DNA of 64,000 nt from the human T2T-CHM13v2.0 reference genome, Homo sapiens. This document shows positions 1-11,967 of the stretch, piece after piece. The DNA lies in assembly GCF_009914755.1 (NCBI RefSeq), contig NC_060940.1; one strand, 5' to 3'. Position numbers and translations under genes: made by a program. Within the stretch, counting starts at the first letter, position 1. The number at the start of each line of letters is the position of its first letter. The notes beneath the pieces are model-generated. The model saw nothing but the letters and a program-made list of their open reading frames with translations, was not told where the DNA came from and did not search any database.

Positions 1-1149
1 AATTGGGGCAATCAGCATGTTTTAAGGCAGCCGAGTGAGAGCTGCTGAGTGGCCAGTCCAAGACAGGCTCAGAAAAAAGGACCAGGATGTTCCAGCACAT
101 GATTCTTCCCCAACTGTCTGCACATGTGCAGAGCTAACATCACACAGTGGGAGGTTCCTTGGAGCTTTAAACAATTTAAGACAAGTATAAGCCCTGAGCT
201 GAGGGAGATGCTGAAATGAGAGCAAACGGGTGAAATCATCCTTCCTCAAGTGATGGTGCCAAGGGCATCAACGCCTCTGTGGTATCCCAGGTAATGTGAG
301 TGCTTCCTACAGGGAATGCAGAGCTGATTGGGAAATTGGAAGAGCTGCGTCTGCATGGCATGTAAATACACTAAGGTCTGCTCTTCCCGGGTGTTTTGGG
401 ATCCCAACATCACCAGCAGCTGCCTTGGGAAGTTTTCACTCTGGAAATTTATTTAAAATTATTTAAAGCCCATCCCGCCTCCATGATCTTCCTATCATTT
501 TCTGAATGTATGCTTTTCAACACTATGATTGTGGTCTGTCTCCCCAGAAATGTGCTGCCAAACCTCAACCTGGCCAACACTGAAACACCCAAAGGGGTTT
601 CTGAAAGGTAGAGATTGAAGCTTCTAATCCTAGAGGCCACTAGTGACTTGGAAAGTTGACATCCAGCTAGTGTCTCAGATCAAACTCCCCAGCTCATGCA
701 CCACCCCACAATGAGGTCTGGATTTGGCTCAAAGTGGGCCAAAGGGTCTTGCTTGCTTCGTATCTATGAACTTTAGTGGGAGTTTGTCATTATTGGCAGC
801 TCACCACCCATTCTCCTTCCTTTTGGGCTTGATTGCTCTTGCATAGGGCAGGCATTGTCTGATGGCAAATCCAGATAACTCCAATCGTAGTTGGGCAGCT
901 GAAGCCAGACAGGGAGAAAGCAGGCTAACTTAAGCAAATTAAGCAGTCCCTCCCGGGATTTTGAATCTTTAGCAAATCACTGCAGGTCAGAAAAGAAATG
1001 GGTTAGAATTCATTATATCAGGTATGATTGAGTGACTTGCTAAGTTACTCTAATAGCTGAAGTCTAGCTGCAAAATACTACAAATCACAGGTGTTAGTAA
1101 GGACTTAAAACCATCAACATAAAAGTTTCAATGCCAAGAACCTACTACG

Positions 1150-1625
1150 TGTGGGGGCAGTGTTGATACCCCACCCAGATCCTCCGGAGTATCTTTGTGC
1201 TGCATGTGTACAGCCCTGGCTTCTGTGTGTTTTTACTTAAAACAGCCAGCAACAGGAGCTCTTAACAGATTCTGATCTCGGGCAAATGAAGCCAGCCTTG
1301 CTCACAAGCATGAGAGGCCACAAGTTCCTTGGAATGTATGTCCCTATGTCCTTCCCCTCCTCCTGGCTCTTAACAAATGACTGCAAGGTGCAGCAGGAGG
1401 AAATCCTCATCTCCCCTGCCCCAGATTCTAAGGTGTAGCTTGCCCTCCTAAGTCTTCCTTATGGAATCAGGCTGAAGATCCCCCTGGAGGACTTTGCCCA
1501 AACTTGCTATCTCCCTTGGCATCTTCCCCTGTCCTGCCCTGCCTCCCCACTTCTTGCTCTTCCCTGGGAGTCTCTTCTTGTACCTGTATCCTCATTCCAG
1601 GGTCTGTTCCTGGGGTCATCTCAGT
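1150..1625 (+). mobile_element. ERVL-class solo LTR remnant (LTR33/LTR16-like)
   Basis: Starts TGTGGGGGCAG...CCCACCCAGATCC and ends ...CAGGGTCTGTTCCTGGGG, resembling LTR33-type termini. Boundaries are approximate. Confidence 0.55.
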
Positions 1626-1699
1626 TTCATTAACTCCAATATTTCATTCACCGCTACAGCAGCATTTTCAAATGTGAAAGCGAGAAAGTGTAGATGGGA

Positions 1700-1722
1700 T
1701 GTGTGTGTGTGTGTGTGTGTGT
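1700..1722. repeat. (TG)n microsatellite
   Basis: About 11 TG units read directly. Confidence 0.95.
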
Positions 1723-2099
1723 GCCAATATCTATATTGAATATATAGATATAGGCACATATATATACATGTGCCAATATCTCATCCTGTCACCCAGGCTG
1801 GACAGGCTGGAGTACAGTGCTGTGAGCCTGACAATATGACCTTGCTATATGCCAATATCTATACTGAATATAGATATATTCTACATATATATGCCAATAT
1901 AGACTCATTCCTAAAGAGTCAAGGAATAGCTCAAAAAATTAGAGTCTTCCTTCACAAGCATTCCTTAGGGATATGACATCAATGCAAATATCTAAAGGAT
2001 TTTGTGGCTATTTCTTCTTTTGGACCACTTCTTGGGAATAATGTATTCCACAAGTTTTCTGCAGTGAGACAGTGACCAGTGGAAAGACTGTAGGGGCAG

Positions 2100-2290
2100 A
2101 TAACTATGGCTTTGTAATTTGCCTCTGCCATTGACTAGCTCTGTGGTATTAGAATTCCAATATTAAAATGTCTATCCAACTTCCTTTCTGTAACATGGGA
2201 CAGTCATCACGCCCCTGACAGTTCCTAGTGAGGACCACACATGCAAAGTGCCTATTCAATACCTGGCACACAGTAGGACTCAATGAAATT
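2100..2290 (+). mobile_element. MIR SINE
   Basis: ctctgccattgactagctctgtg ... acctggcacacagtaggactcaat match the MIR 5' and 3' consensus segments. Confidence 0.65.
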
Positions 2291-2545
2291 TATTTTCTGT
2301 TCTACATCTTACTCTCTTTTAAAGATACAGACCCAGGATTTACAGTGACTGACGGACACAGGAGGCTGAGAAATAGTCTAATTCAAGAGACTGTTGAAAC
2401 TCGTTACTTGGTAATCCCCTCGAAGGCAGAAGCTAAATCTTTTAAGTATTCAGTACAGTGCCAAGCGTGCTGGAGTTGCCCAATAAGCATTTAAATAATA
2501 ATAGTTGCTTAAAGACTAGATTTTGGTCTCAGTTTCCTTGGAGAG

Positions 2546-2563
2546 GTTGCCACCTTGTGGACA
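2546..2563 (-). promoter_or_regulatory. Candidate CTCF-binding site
   Basis: Minus strand reads TCCACAAGGTGGCAAC, matching the core CCASYAGRKGGC at 11/12. Motif only. Confidence 0.5.
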
Positions 2564-2750
2564 GTGGTTGAAACAGCACACCTCTGACGCCCATGTTATT
2601 CCTAGAGTCTATTAAATGATAATAATTTTATTTGCTACCATGTATAGTCCCTGAGAGTCTGCACAAGCAATAATATATTTCCAAGAAGAACAAAGAGCAA
2701 TTTAGAAGGAAACAATGCAACTTATTTGGTTACTAAAAAAGTCAGTCCTT

Positions 2751-2902
2751 TTCTTCTTTTTTCCTAAGAGACAGGGTCTCACCCTGTTTCACAGGCTGGA
2801 GTGCAGTGGCGCCATCATAGCTCACTGTCACCTACTCAGGCAATCCTCCTGCCTAGGCCACCCAAAGAACTTGGATTACAGGTGCGCCCCACCATGCCTG
2901 GC
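2751..2902 (-). mobile_element. Monomeric Alu (FRAM/FAM-like)
   Basis: About 150 bp: T-tail, gagacagggtctc...caggctggagtgcagtggc...ggattacagg...ccatgcctggc; single arm. Confidence 0.85.
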
Positions 2903-3334
2903 ACTAGTGAGTACATTTTCTTTGTCCTAATTCTTAGATTAGAGGCTTCATCTTGTCCATTTTCTGGCCCTGAGAAATAAGGGTAAACATTAGCATTATT
3001 TCAAAGCACATTAACCATCTACAAGAATTGTACTCTAAGCTAAGCCAAGCGACAAGACCATACTGAGTTGTTCTCAGTCCACTGGTAGCTGGCGTGGTCA
3101 GTAGAAAACCCTATAGAAATGTCTAGTCTCTGCCACTCTGAAACATCAAGCACCCTCCAAGCTTCTGAGATCTAAGACATAAAGTCACCCTTTGGGGAAA
3201 CACACATGCAACATACAACTGATTTTCCAAATGTTGGATATATTGACAAAACAGAGCAGAAAGGAAATTCTACACGAGAGTGGTGGGAGGGGGTAAACTC
3301 CTAGGATCGCATTCAATGATTGATGATAAAATGG

Positions 3335-3465
3335 AAAGAACACCGCTTTAAAGATCAGATGACTATATGTATGAATCTCTACTGTGTAATCTCGGACACA
3401 TTTCCAGACTTCCTAAGGCTGAATTTCCTCACCTGTAAAATGGGTTGACAGAGTTTCCTGCATAT
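3335..3465 (+). mobile_element. MIR fragment
   Basis: tttcctcacctgtaaaatggg core. Confidence 0.6.
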
Positions 3466-3489
3466 AACCACCAAACAGCCACTTCTAGT

Positions 3490-4255
3490 TATGGTTCCCG
3501 GGCGTAACCCCCGGACCTGCCCATCATGAGGTGGAGACTTTGAAGCACTCCCAGCATTCGAGAAACCGCCACTGTGCAATGTGCAAGAGCTTGGGCCTCT
3601 GTGATTCACGTCATGGTGTCCTGTATTACTCAGCTCATCCTCCCATCTCACCAATCAGCTGTTTTCACAGTGAGTCCATGGAAGTCAGGGGTCAAAGCAG
3701 CACTTTAACGAATGCCCACAATTTCCTGAACAGAGTTTTCAAGTAAAGCCAATAACGTAAGAAAAGCGCTACCCACTTCCATCAATTCATTTCTGCCCCT
3801 GCTTCCTGAAAGATCCCAATGAGTGATTGTGATCAGCTCCCCGAACCCTTTCAGCTAATTGGCCCCAAAAAAAAAAGAGGTTCGGGAGTGGAATTCGTGT
3901 GACGTGGTCCAGTCTTGGCTTTCGCCGTTACTAGCAGTTATTTCCTGCATCGAAAGGGGAAGCTGAAAGGATATTTATGTTGGTGACAAAAGGCCTCAGA
4001 CTGGTGCTAGGTAAAAGTAAATTGGGGTGGAAGTGAGGATCATCAGGAGAGTTACTGTAAGGGACCTGCACTCATCCCAGAGCAGAACACGTGCCAAGAT
4101 CCCTTCACTTGTGGATCAGTCTAAGTGTCTTTGTTTCTAGAGAAGGCAAAAGATTCTAGCTGACTCATTTCCCACCTACTGTGCTGTCCTGACTCATTTC
4201 CCACCTGGCATCGGTTTCTCAGATGAGATCCTCTTGTTGACATCTGATTGGATTT
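3490..4255. promoter_or_regulatory. Candidate promoter/enhancer (CCAAT, CRE/UPRE-like and AP-1 motif cluster)
   Basis: Apparently unique sequence, locally richer in CpG. Five CCAAT/ATTGG boxes, TCACGTCA 3606-3613, TGACGTGG 3900-3907, and two TGACTCA at 4161 and 4190. Confidence 0.4.
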
Positions 4256-4853
4256 TCCTTGGCATTACTCTAGGAAAGAATCCTACACATTAATACTGAG
4301 TAAGTGCCCAGGTTGGGGGTAGAAATCAAGTGTGGCAATTTACTGGTGAGGAGAGATCAGAGGTGAAAAGGCTCAATGCAGAGCGAAAAAACCTGGGGTG
4401 AGCCATGGAAGAGGGAGCTATAGGCCTGTATCACCCTTGAGCAAGGGACTTAACAAGCGTCAGTTTCTTAATCTATAGAATGGGCTTAATATTCACACAG
4501 CAGAGCCCTGTGATGAAAAGTAAAATTATTCTCTTCCTTTGGAATTTTATAAGAATGCACATTGAAATCACCTATGAAAAGTACTTTCCACATACTTGAC
4601 ACTTAATGGCTACTCAGAAAATGGTATTTTATCTCTGTAATGATCCAGGGTGGCAAACATTGTTGAACCTGTTTTAGGAAGGCAGCTCAGTAAAACTTTT
4701 TAAAGATCACACATCTAGTAAGTGTTTGGGTTTGAGGGGGCATGAAATTCAGTTCCAGATCTAAAGCTTATAGCCTTCCCAATGAGGGCAGAGATCCTAA
4801 AGCTTCTGTGGGTATCACAATCTCTTGTGAGGCTGCTTAAAAGTGAACATTTT

Positions 4854-5060
4854 GGCCAGGAACAGTGGGGCTCATGCCTGTAATCCCTACACTTTGGGAG
4901 GCTGAGGCTGGCAGATTGCTTGAGTCCAGGAGTTCGAGACCAACCTGAGGAACATGGTGAAACCTCGTTTCTACAAAACATACAAAAAATTAGACAGGCA
5001 TAGTGGCATGTGCCTGTAGTTTCAGCTACTGGGGCTGGACTGCTTGAACCAGGAGATTGA
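4854..5060 (+). mobile_element. AluJ-like, 3'-truncated
   Basis: ggccagg...cctgtaatcc...gagttcgagacc, A-rich linker and part of the right arm; no tail. Confidence 0.9.
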
Positions 5061-5439
5061 ACCAGCATCCGACCTGGATGTCTGAGTTTTAGGAATGGTG
5101 TCTTCCTCCCATGTAGGGAGACACCTCTATAGGGGCCAGTGACCCTGGGTCTGCACAGCTGTCATGTCTGGGGTCCTGGTTACCTAATTTGGCAAGTGCC
5201 CTCAGGTGGCCCTGACACAAAGCGCCTGTTAACCATGACAAACCTCGAGTCTGATAGTCTTGTTTCTCTGCCTTCTCCAGGCGTTGGGACCACAGTACAG
5301 CCTGTTCTCCTTCAGCACTTGGATCCTAAGGGATGCACTTCCCTTGCAAAGGAGGAAAGAAATCACTTCTGGGAGCCACTCCCATCACCAGCTCATCTGC
5401 CTCCCACACCCTGCAAGGAGCTCTTTAGTCATTTGTCCA

Positions 5440-5678
5440 TAGTAATCCTCTGTGGAAGACAACTGTGCCCCCCGGCCCGCCACCCCAGGGGATCTGGCAA
5501 TATGTGCAGACATTTTTGGCTATCACAAGTAAGAGGTGAGTGCTACTGATGGTGATCTACAGATCACAGCGAAGAACACTGCTAAACATCTTACGCTGCA
5601 CTGGGTGAGCCCTCCCCACTGCCCAACAAAGAATTATCCGATGTCAATTATCAGCAGTGACCAAGGTTATGAAACCCA
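5440..5678. mobile_element. MER20 (hAT-Charlie)
   Basis: tggcaatatgtgcagacatttttgg...gctaaacatcttac...caacaaagaattatc matches MER20. Opposite orientation to the copy at 27.3 kb. Confidence 0.8.
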
Positions 5679-5859
5679 GAATGAGAGATTCATCCAATCT
5701 TTAGTTCTTCTGCTAGAAAGCCAATGTCTCCAAAAGTATTTCCTCAAGAGGCAAGATAAGGAAGCATTCAAATATTTGTAAAACAAGGCAGAGGAAAGGA
5801 AAATGGCAGGTGTTCATTGATTCTCTATACATACGTTGTTGCATTTTACATGTGCATTT

Positions 5860-6030
5860 GGTTGCTTTTTTGGCTTTGTTTTCATTTACATCAGCCCCTG
5901 TGAGATGGGGACTTTTATTACCTCCATACTACAGAAGGGGAAATGGATACCCCTCTGGATAAAGCAACCTTTCAAAATCACGAGCTGGGATTCAAACCCT
6001 GGGCTTCCTGACTCTGAACCTGGTGCCCCT
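5860..6030 (-). mobile_element. MIR
   Basis: cagcccctgtgagatggg...ggattcaaaccctggg. Confidence 0.6.
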
Positions 6031-6449
6031 TTCTGAATTCCACAAACCATCTTAGATCAGCCGGGGAGGAAATGGAACAGTCAAGTCTGATAATAGGAGG
6101 AGGCAGGGTCCTTCTATGCTTCCCCTTTCAGTGTCTTGCCTGGGAAATGTAAATAATTTAGAGCACAGGGGCCGGAGGGATAATTACCCTGTCTGGTTTC
6201 AGAGGCCACCCAGATGGGTGTTAAGGACGAGCTGGAACTCACAACCCCCTCCCCACCACCCATGCCCTACGCTCACCTCTCTCCCTCTAACCCGCGTGCT
6301 TTCAGACTCTTGCCGTTCCAGGGCTTAGAGCCCCCTCTCATTCACAAGTCCTGCCCTTTCACCAGGGAAAAGGCAAAAGGTCAAGATATTTGGCAACCAA
6401 GTCCCTCAAGTAAAGAAACAGCATTACAGGCTGAGTAAAATGGTATGAA

Positions 6450-6950
6450 GGCAACACTCAATCAACATGTGTGTTTTTGATGCCTACTGTATGCAAGTCT
6501 CTATGCCAAGAACACTGAGGACAGGGAGGTTGAGATAGAGTATTCATCCCCCTCCCATTCATCACAAAAAGCTTTACCGAGCATATAGATTATGCTCATC
6601 CCAGTGCTAGGCTCTGATGTACCAGGAGAAATAAAACAGGATCCCTGACCTCAAAAGGCCTGTGGTCTCATAAAAGTGCTAGTTAAGACACACACTGATA
6701 GCAGGATGGAGAATGCATAGTCAATGACCTGTGTGTTTGATGGATGGATGGATGAATGAATAAACGAAGTGGTATTAAACAAGGGATGAGTACCATTCCA
6801 AAAGTGCAGTTAAAGTGTTGGGGAAGGGTGCAGAAGTGAGTGAAATATGACCTGCAACCAGGAAAAATTTATGGGATGGATTGGCCTTTAGGCTTAACAA
6901 GATTTACACACGGGCATGAGAAGAGCTACATCCTGGAAGAGGAGAATTAG
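6450..6950. mobile_element. L2 fragments
   Basis: caatcaacat...tgcctactgtatgcaag, ccctgacctcaa and a ggatggatgaatgaat tail. Confidence 0.5.
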
Positions 6951-7254
6951 TCAAAATTTTGGGGGGTAAATACCTTTTCAGACTGGAGGGAGAAATTTTT
7001 CCAGAGGTCAAAGCTGTCTGGGAAGACAGATGGGACAGGTACTCTAACCCTTGTCCAGGTACTCAACACAGAGGAGATTGTATCTGGAGGCCTTCTTATA
7101 TTATCTCACTAAGACTCATGAGAACCAGCAGGTATGTGCTCTTAAGAAACGCATTTAACAGAGGAAGAAGCTGAAACTACCCACCTACAACTCCAGAAGG
7201 TAAGTGGTAGAGCCCAGGTAGGATCCCAGGGGCCCTTTGATTCAGTTTCTGGGG

Positions 7255-7472
7255 CAGGAGTCTGCACACTATGGCATGTGGGTCAAATCTGACGTGTCAC
7301 CTCTTTATGTAAATACAGTTTTATTGGAGCACAGACATACTCATTTGCACATTGTCTATTGCTCCTTCCATGCTACAACAGCAGAGTTGAGTAGTTACAA
7401 CAGAGACCACAAGGTTTGCAAAACCTGAAGTATTTACAATCTGGCCCTTTACAGAAAAAGTCTGCAGACTGC
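7255..7472. mobile_element. MER58A (hAT-Charlie)
   Basis: gtaaatacagttttattggagcacag...gcagagttgagtagtt...tctggccctttacagaaaaagt. Confidence 0.88.
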
Positions 7473-8289
7473 TACCCTAGAGCTCACTCTCTCGGCTTGC
7501 GTGGCCCAGCGAGCTTTGGGCTGGCAGCACCAGCTGGAGCCGTCAACCTAGCAGACATTCCCTGCCCTTGGACACTGCCAGCCCTTCCTTCTTTGATGGG
7601 GCAGAGCCGGTGGGGAGGCAGAACTCAATGGTCTTCCCAGAACGTATTAAGTCCTGTAAGAAAGCACATCCCTTGAGAATTTGAATTCCTGTGGCATCTC
7701 TACTATTTATATTAAAAACACCACAAAAACTCATTTTTCATGCTATTTCAGCTGAAAACAGCCATGGCAGGACCACAATCCGGAGATCAAGACGGAGTGG
7801 GGAGAGCATGTTTGTGGAGTCAGGGCTTAGCGTGCCCCAGGTTGCCTGTCCCAGGTGCACTGGGCCCAGGCCAGGTTTCTTTCTGGGATAGGGGGCTTGA
7901 GGAAGAGGGTAAATCAAGAGGGGAAAAGGTACCTCGCTGGAAACCTTGCCTCCTCTCATCTAGAAAAGCATGAAAACACAAGCTGGCGTTCACACGTCCA
8001 CCTTGTTCGACAACCTAACATGGGTCATTAATTGAAATAAAATGAAACCAAATGGAACCCAGATGTTCGCATATATTCACTTGCACACAATTCATAGGCA
8101 AATCACCAAATGAAAATGTGCAAAGATATTCACAGTAGTTACTTGAAGGGTATGCGGCTACCTTGTTGTCTCTACCTCAACTCTTAGTTTTGTTTTGTTT
8201 TATGGCACTTAAGCAAAGAACAGGAGAAAAAAAAGGCATAGATGTACAACTCAGAATTATTCTGTGTTTCACCGCCATAAGAATGTCAA

Positions 8290-8400
8290 CCCCACAACTC
8301 CACAACAGACTCTGTCTGTTGTTCATGGTTGTATCCCTGATGCCCAGAACACAGCCTGGAACACAGTAAGTATCCAATGAATCGTTGTTTATTTAATAAA
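8290..8400 (+). mobile_element. L2 3' end
   Basis: ccccacaactcc...gcctggaacacagtaagtatccaatgaat. Confidence 0.65.
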
Positions 8401-9251
8401 CACATATTTTATATATGCCAGGTGATTCACAAGCAACATACATTAGTGTTACAGTAAAGAAAACACATTATTTAAAAGTATGTATCAATCAATTAAAAAA
8501 AGAATGTCTTAGCTAATAAACATTCATTGACTACCTACTATGCGTTCACATTACTGTTTTTCTTTGCCTTCAGGAGACCTTGCACAGTCAATATTCATAA
8601 GAAATATTCAATTAATGCCTCACAAACATTCCTGACCATACAAACTGTACAAACGCCACCACAATTACCACATACTTTGAGGATGATATATAAAAACAAT
8701 AGAATAACTACTCATCTTTAAGAAATCAATTATTCCAATGAGCCTATCATACAATCCCCAAGAGTCTGGAGTGTATTTCCCGGGGAGACAATGAAACTGA
8801 ATTGCAACCGTGGTGCAGAGGAGAACCCAAAGTTGTTTTGCATAAGTTGTCATGGGCCATTATGATGCTGGCAACTTCTATGAATAAACAAGTCAGCATT
8901 TGTGAAAGTTTCCAACACAATGCATGGCACCCAATATGCCCCATTTCGCTAACCTCCACTGAGCCCCAAGCTCTGAAGATCAAAGTCAAAGCACGAAATG
9001 AACGTGAGAGAGCTGGAAAGCTAACTACAAAGCCTCTAAAAGTTACGTAAGTCAATATGGGCTTTGTCCTAAGCATGCGACGCTGAGGCAGACTTTTAAC
9101 TCATTTTTGTTTTCCTTTTTACAAACTTGTCAATGAAACCTTTATTTGAAAAACCACTCCTTAATGTCGAGTAGGAAAAGACACCAGAGAATAGCCAAGA
9201 TTGCAAAATAATGGCCGGCCTGGCTGCACCGCCCAAGACTGGCTCTCTGGT

Positions 9252-9550
<299 letters not shown>

Positions 9551-10419
9551 AGACTGGCTCTCTGGTAAAACCATACTGGAGCTTGGATGTAATAATAAAC
9601 CCCACAACGCTGAGTGTTAACCTGCTCCCTGTGACCCTTCATTGTTAAAGATGCTGGTGACTGCTACAAGGTTATCCACTTCACATCTGCCAGCTGGGAA
9701 GTTGTGCAAACGGCATGTAGGGGGAAGTGAAGGGCAGCTGGGAAAATGAAAAACACCTTCAGAAAGTGAAATAAACTTTCTTAAGAAGATACCACCCTCC
9801 GCTAGCCATATACCAAACCGTAAAAAGAAAGAAAAATATTAGGCCTACGCCACATGGAACAACAAGACAATCCTTGTATCTCAAGGAGGTAAAAAAACCC
9901 ACACCAAAATAGCAGCCAGATGTCCCCAGTGCCACTCTCTTTAAGAAAGATTACCAAATGACGGACAATCAGACATTATTCATTCTGCAAATAAATATTA
10001 ATGACCGGCTCTACGGCGGCCTAGGTGCTGGGAAAAAAAAAGACCAAATAGTCTCTACACTTAACAAGTATGATTAGCTCCTTAACAACATGCTCAAATT
10101 CGCTAATGGCCTCCTATGAGCAAAGTTCATTGTGCTTTACAGATGTTATTGTCTATTCAATATATGTCTATTAAGCCCCAAGCATGCACACGGCACTGTG
10201 GCACTGTTGCAGGCACTAGGGTTACCAAAAACAGACAAAAGTCCCCTGTTATGCATCTCATTTTAAGCTCAATTTATCACCATGTAGCAGATATCATTAT
10301 TCCCATTTTAGAGAGAGGAAAAGTGTGGTTAGCCCTAACCCACCCAGGTCAAACACTAGTGAAGGCCAGAGCCAGGACTTCGGCCCAGCCCACCTTTAGG
10401 TCCTTGACCTTTCCCTGAT

Positions 10420-11330
10420 CCAAGGGTCAAAAGCAAACACAAATGTCTGCAAGGGCTAGGATGACAAAAATTACAATGGGCCAGGTTTATCCCATCATAG
10501 CCACTTATGTTTTGTTTTGTTTTCTTATTAAACAAACTATTAACTCACAGTTCTATTTTCCACTTCAGTCCCCAAACAATAATAATGCTTCCTCTCATTT
10601 TTCTTGAAAACCAGCCCTTTCATGCTAACTTTTTGTTCCCTGAGACAAAGCCATAGGTAACAGGAAATACATCACTTTCTTATCTTTTCTTTCCTTTTTT
10701 TTTTTTTTTTTTTTTTTTTTGGAGACAGGTCTCACTCTGTCACCCAAGCTGGAGTGCAGTGGTGCGATTTCAGCTCACTGCAACCTCCGTCTCCTGGGTT
10801 CAAGTGAAACTTCTGCCTCAGCCTCCTGAGTAGCTGGGATTACAGGCATGCACCCCCATGCCTGGCTAGTTTTTATTTTTAGTAGAGATAGGGTTTCACC
10901 ATGTTGGCCAGGCTGGTCTTGAACTCCTGGCCTCAAGTGACCTGCTCACCTCAGCCTCCCAAAGTGCTGGGACTACAGGTGTGAGCCACCATGCCCAGCC
11001 TTCACTTTCCTTTTAACACTGTTGTGAGAAATAATTAGAATGAGAATGGTGATAAATGGGAAACTGACTCTCATCCACCCAAACATTGAGGAGGCAATGG
11101 CAGTTGCTTCTTGGCCTCAGCTTACAGTTACCATGCAAAAAGTAGGCCAAACATTGCCTCTGAGTTTTCAAATGAAGCCAGAAATTTAGAATGCTATGTC
11201 AGATCTTCCAGTACTTAGATACTGACAATCAATTAAAACTTTTGAAAAACTATGTATGCCAGTATTTTACTAGCTCAACAATACATATTTTGGTATTAAA
11301 TCTGGCAGCGATCTCCAATTTACAAGCTCC
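10420..11330. mobile_element. Degenerate hAT-Charlie-like MER interrupted by an Alu
   Basis: Right end (caatcaattaaaacttttgaaaaact...aaatctggc...ccaatttacaagctcc) resembles MER102/MER103-type termini. Weak match. Confidence 0.3.
10695..11000 (-). mobile_element. Alu (Sz/Jb-like), full length
   Basis: Poly-T tail, both arms, ends atgcccagcc. Confidence 0.96.
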
Positions 11331-11734
11331 ACATTATTCCTAGTATTCTTTTTAGCAAATATCATGCATATTGCACAGTACTTTTATTTATTTAGAATAC
11401 CTATCGATGATCTTTCTGTATTTATAGATAGGCCATGAGACCAATTACATACAGAAGAAAAATGTGTTTATATCAAAGTACACTATATTCCAAGTATCAA
11501 ATGTAAGATGGTGACAATAACTGAAGTGAAAATTGAAAGAGGGGAGAGGTTGCCTGATTCCTGAATAGCTGTCAAGGAGGAGAGGAGACTCTACCTTGGT
11601 TTATGGATGGGTCCAATATGGACATACAGAAAAGTAGGTCAAGAAGAGATGAAGCATGAGAAAAACCTTGGAGATGAATGTGAGAATGTTTAGTTGCTCA
11701 TTAATATTTAAGGAGGAGTAAATATAAGAATATT

Positions 11735-11967
11735 GGAAGATCACTTGAGGCCAGGAGTTTCAGACCAGCTGGGACAATACAGCATTTCTACAAAAGATAG
11801 TTTTAAAATTACCTGAGCGTGATGGCATGCACCTGTAGTCCCAGCTACTCAGGAGGATTGCTTGAGCCCAGGAGTTGGAGGCCGCAGTAGGCTATGATTG
11901 CACCCCTGCACAATAGCCTGGGCAACAGAGCAAGACTATCTGTTTAAAAACAAATAAACAAACAAAC
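11735..11967 (+). mobile_element. AluJ, 5'-truncated and degenerate
   Basis: atcacttgaggccaggagtt...ttgagcccaggagtt...gggcaacagagcaagac and an (AAAC)n tail. Confidence 0.9.

Noticed and set aside
5139-5549. Longest ORF in the window (136 aa)
   Set aside because: It starts at GTG, runs into MER20, and has no recognisable domain or splice context.
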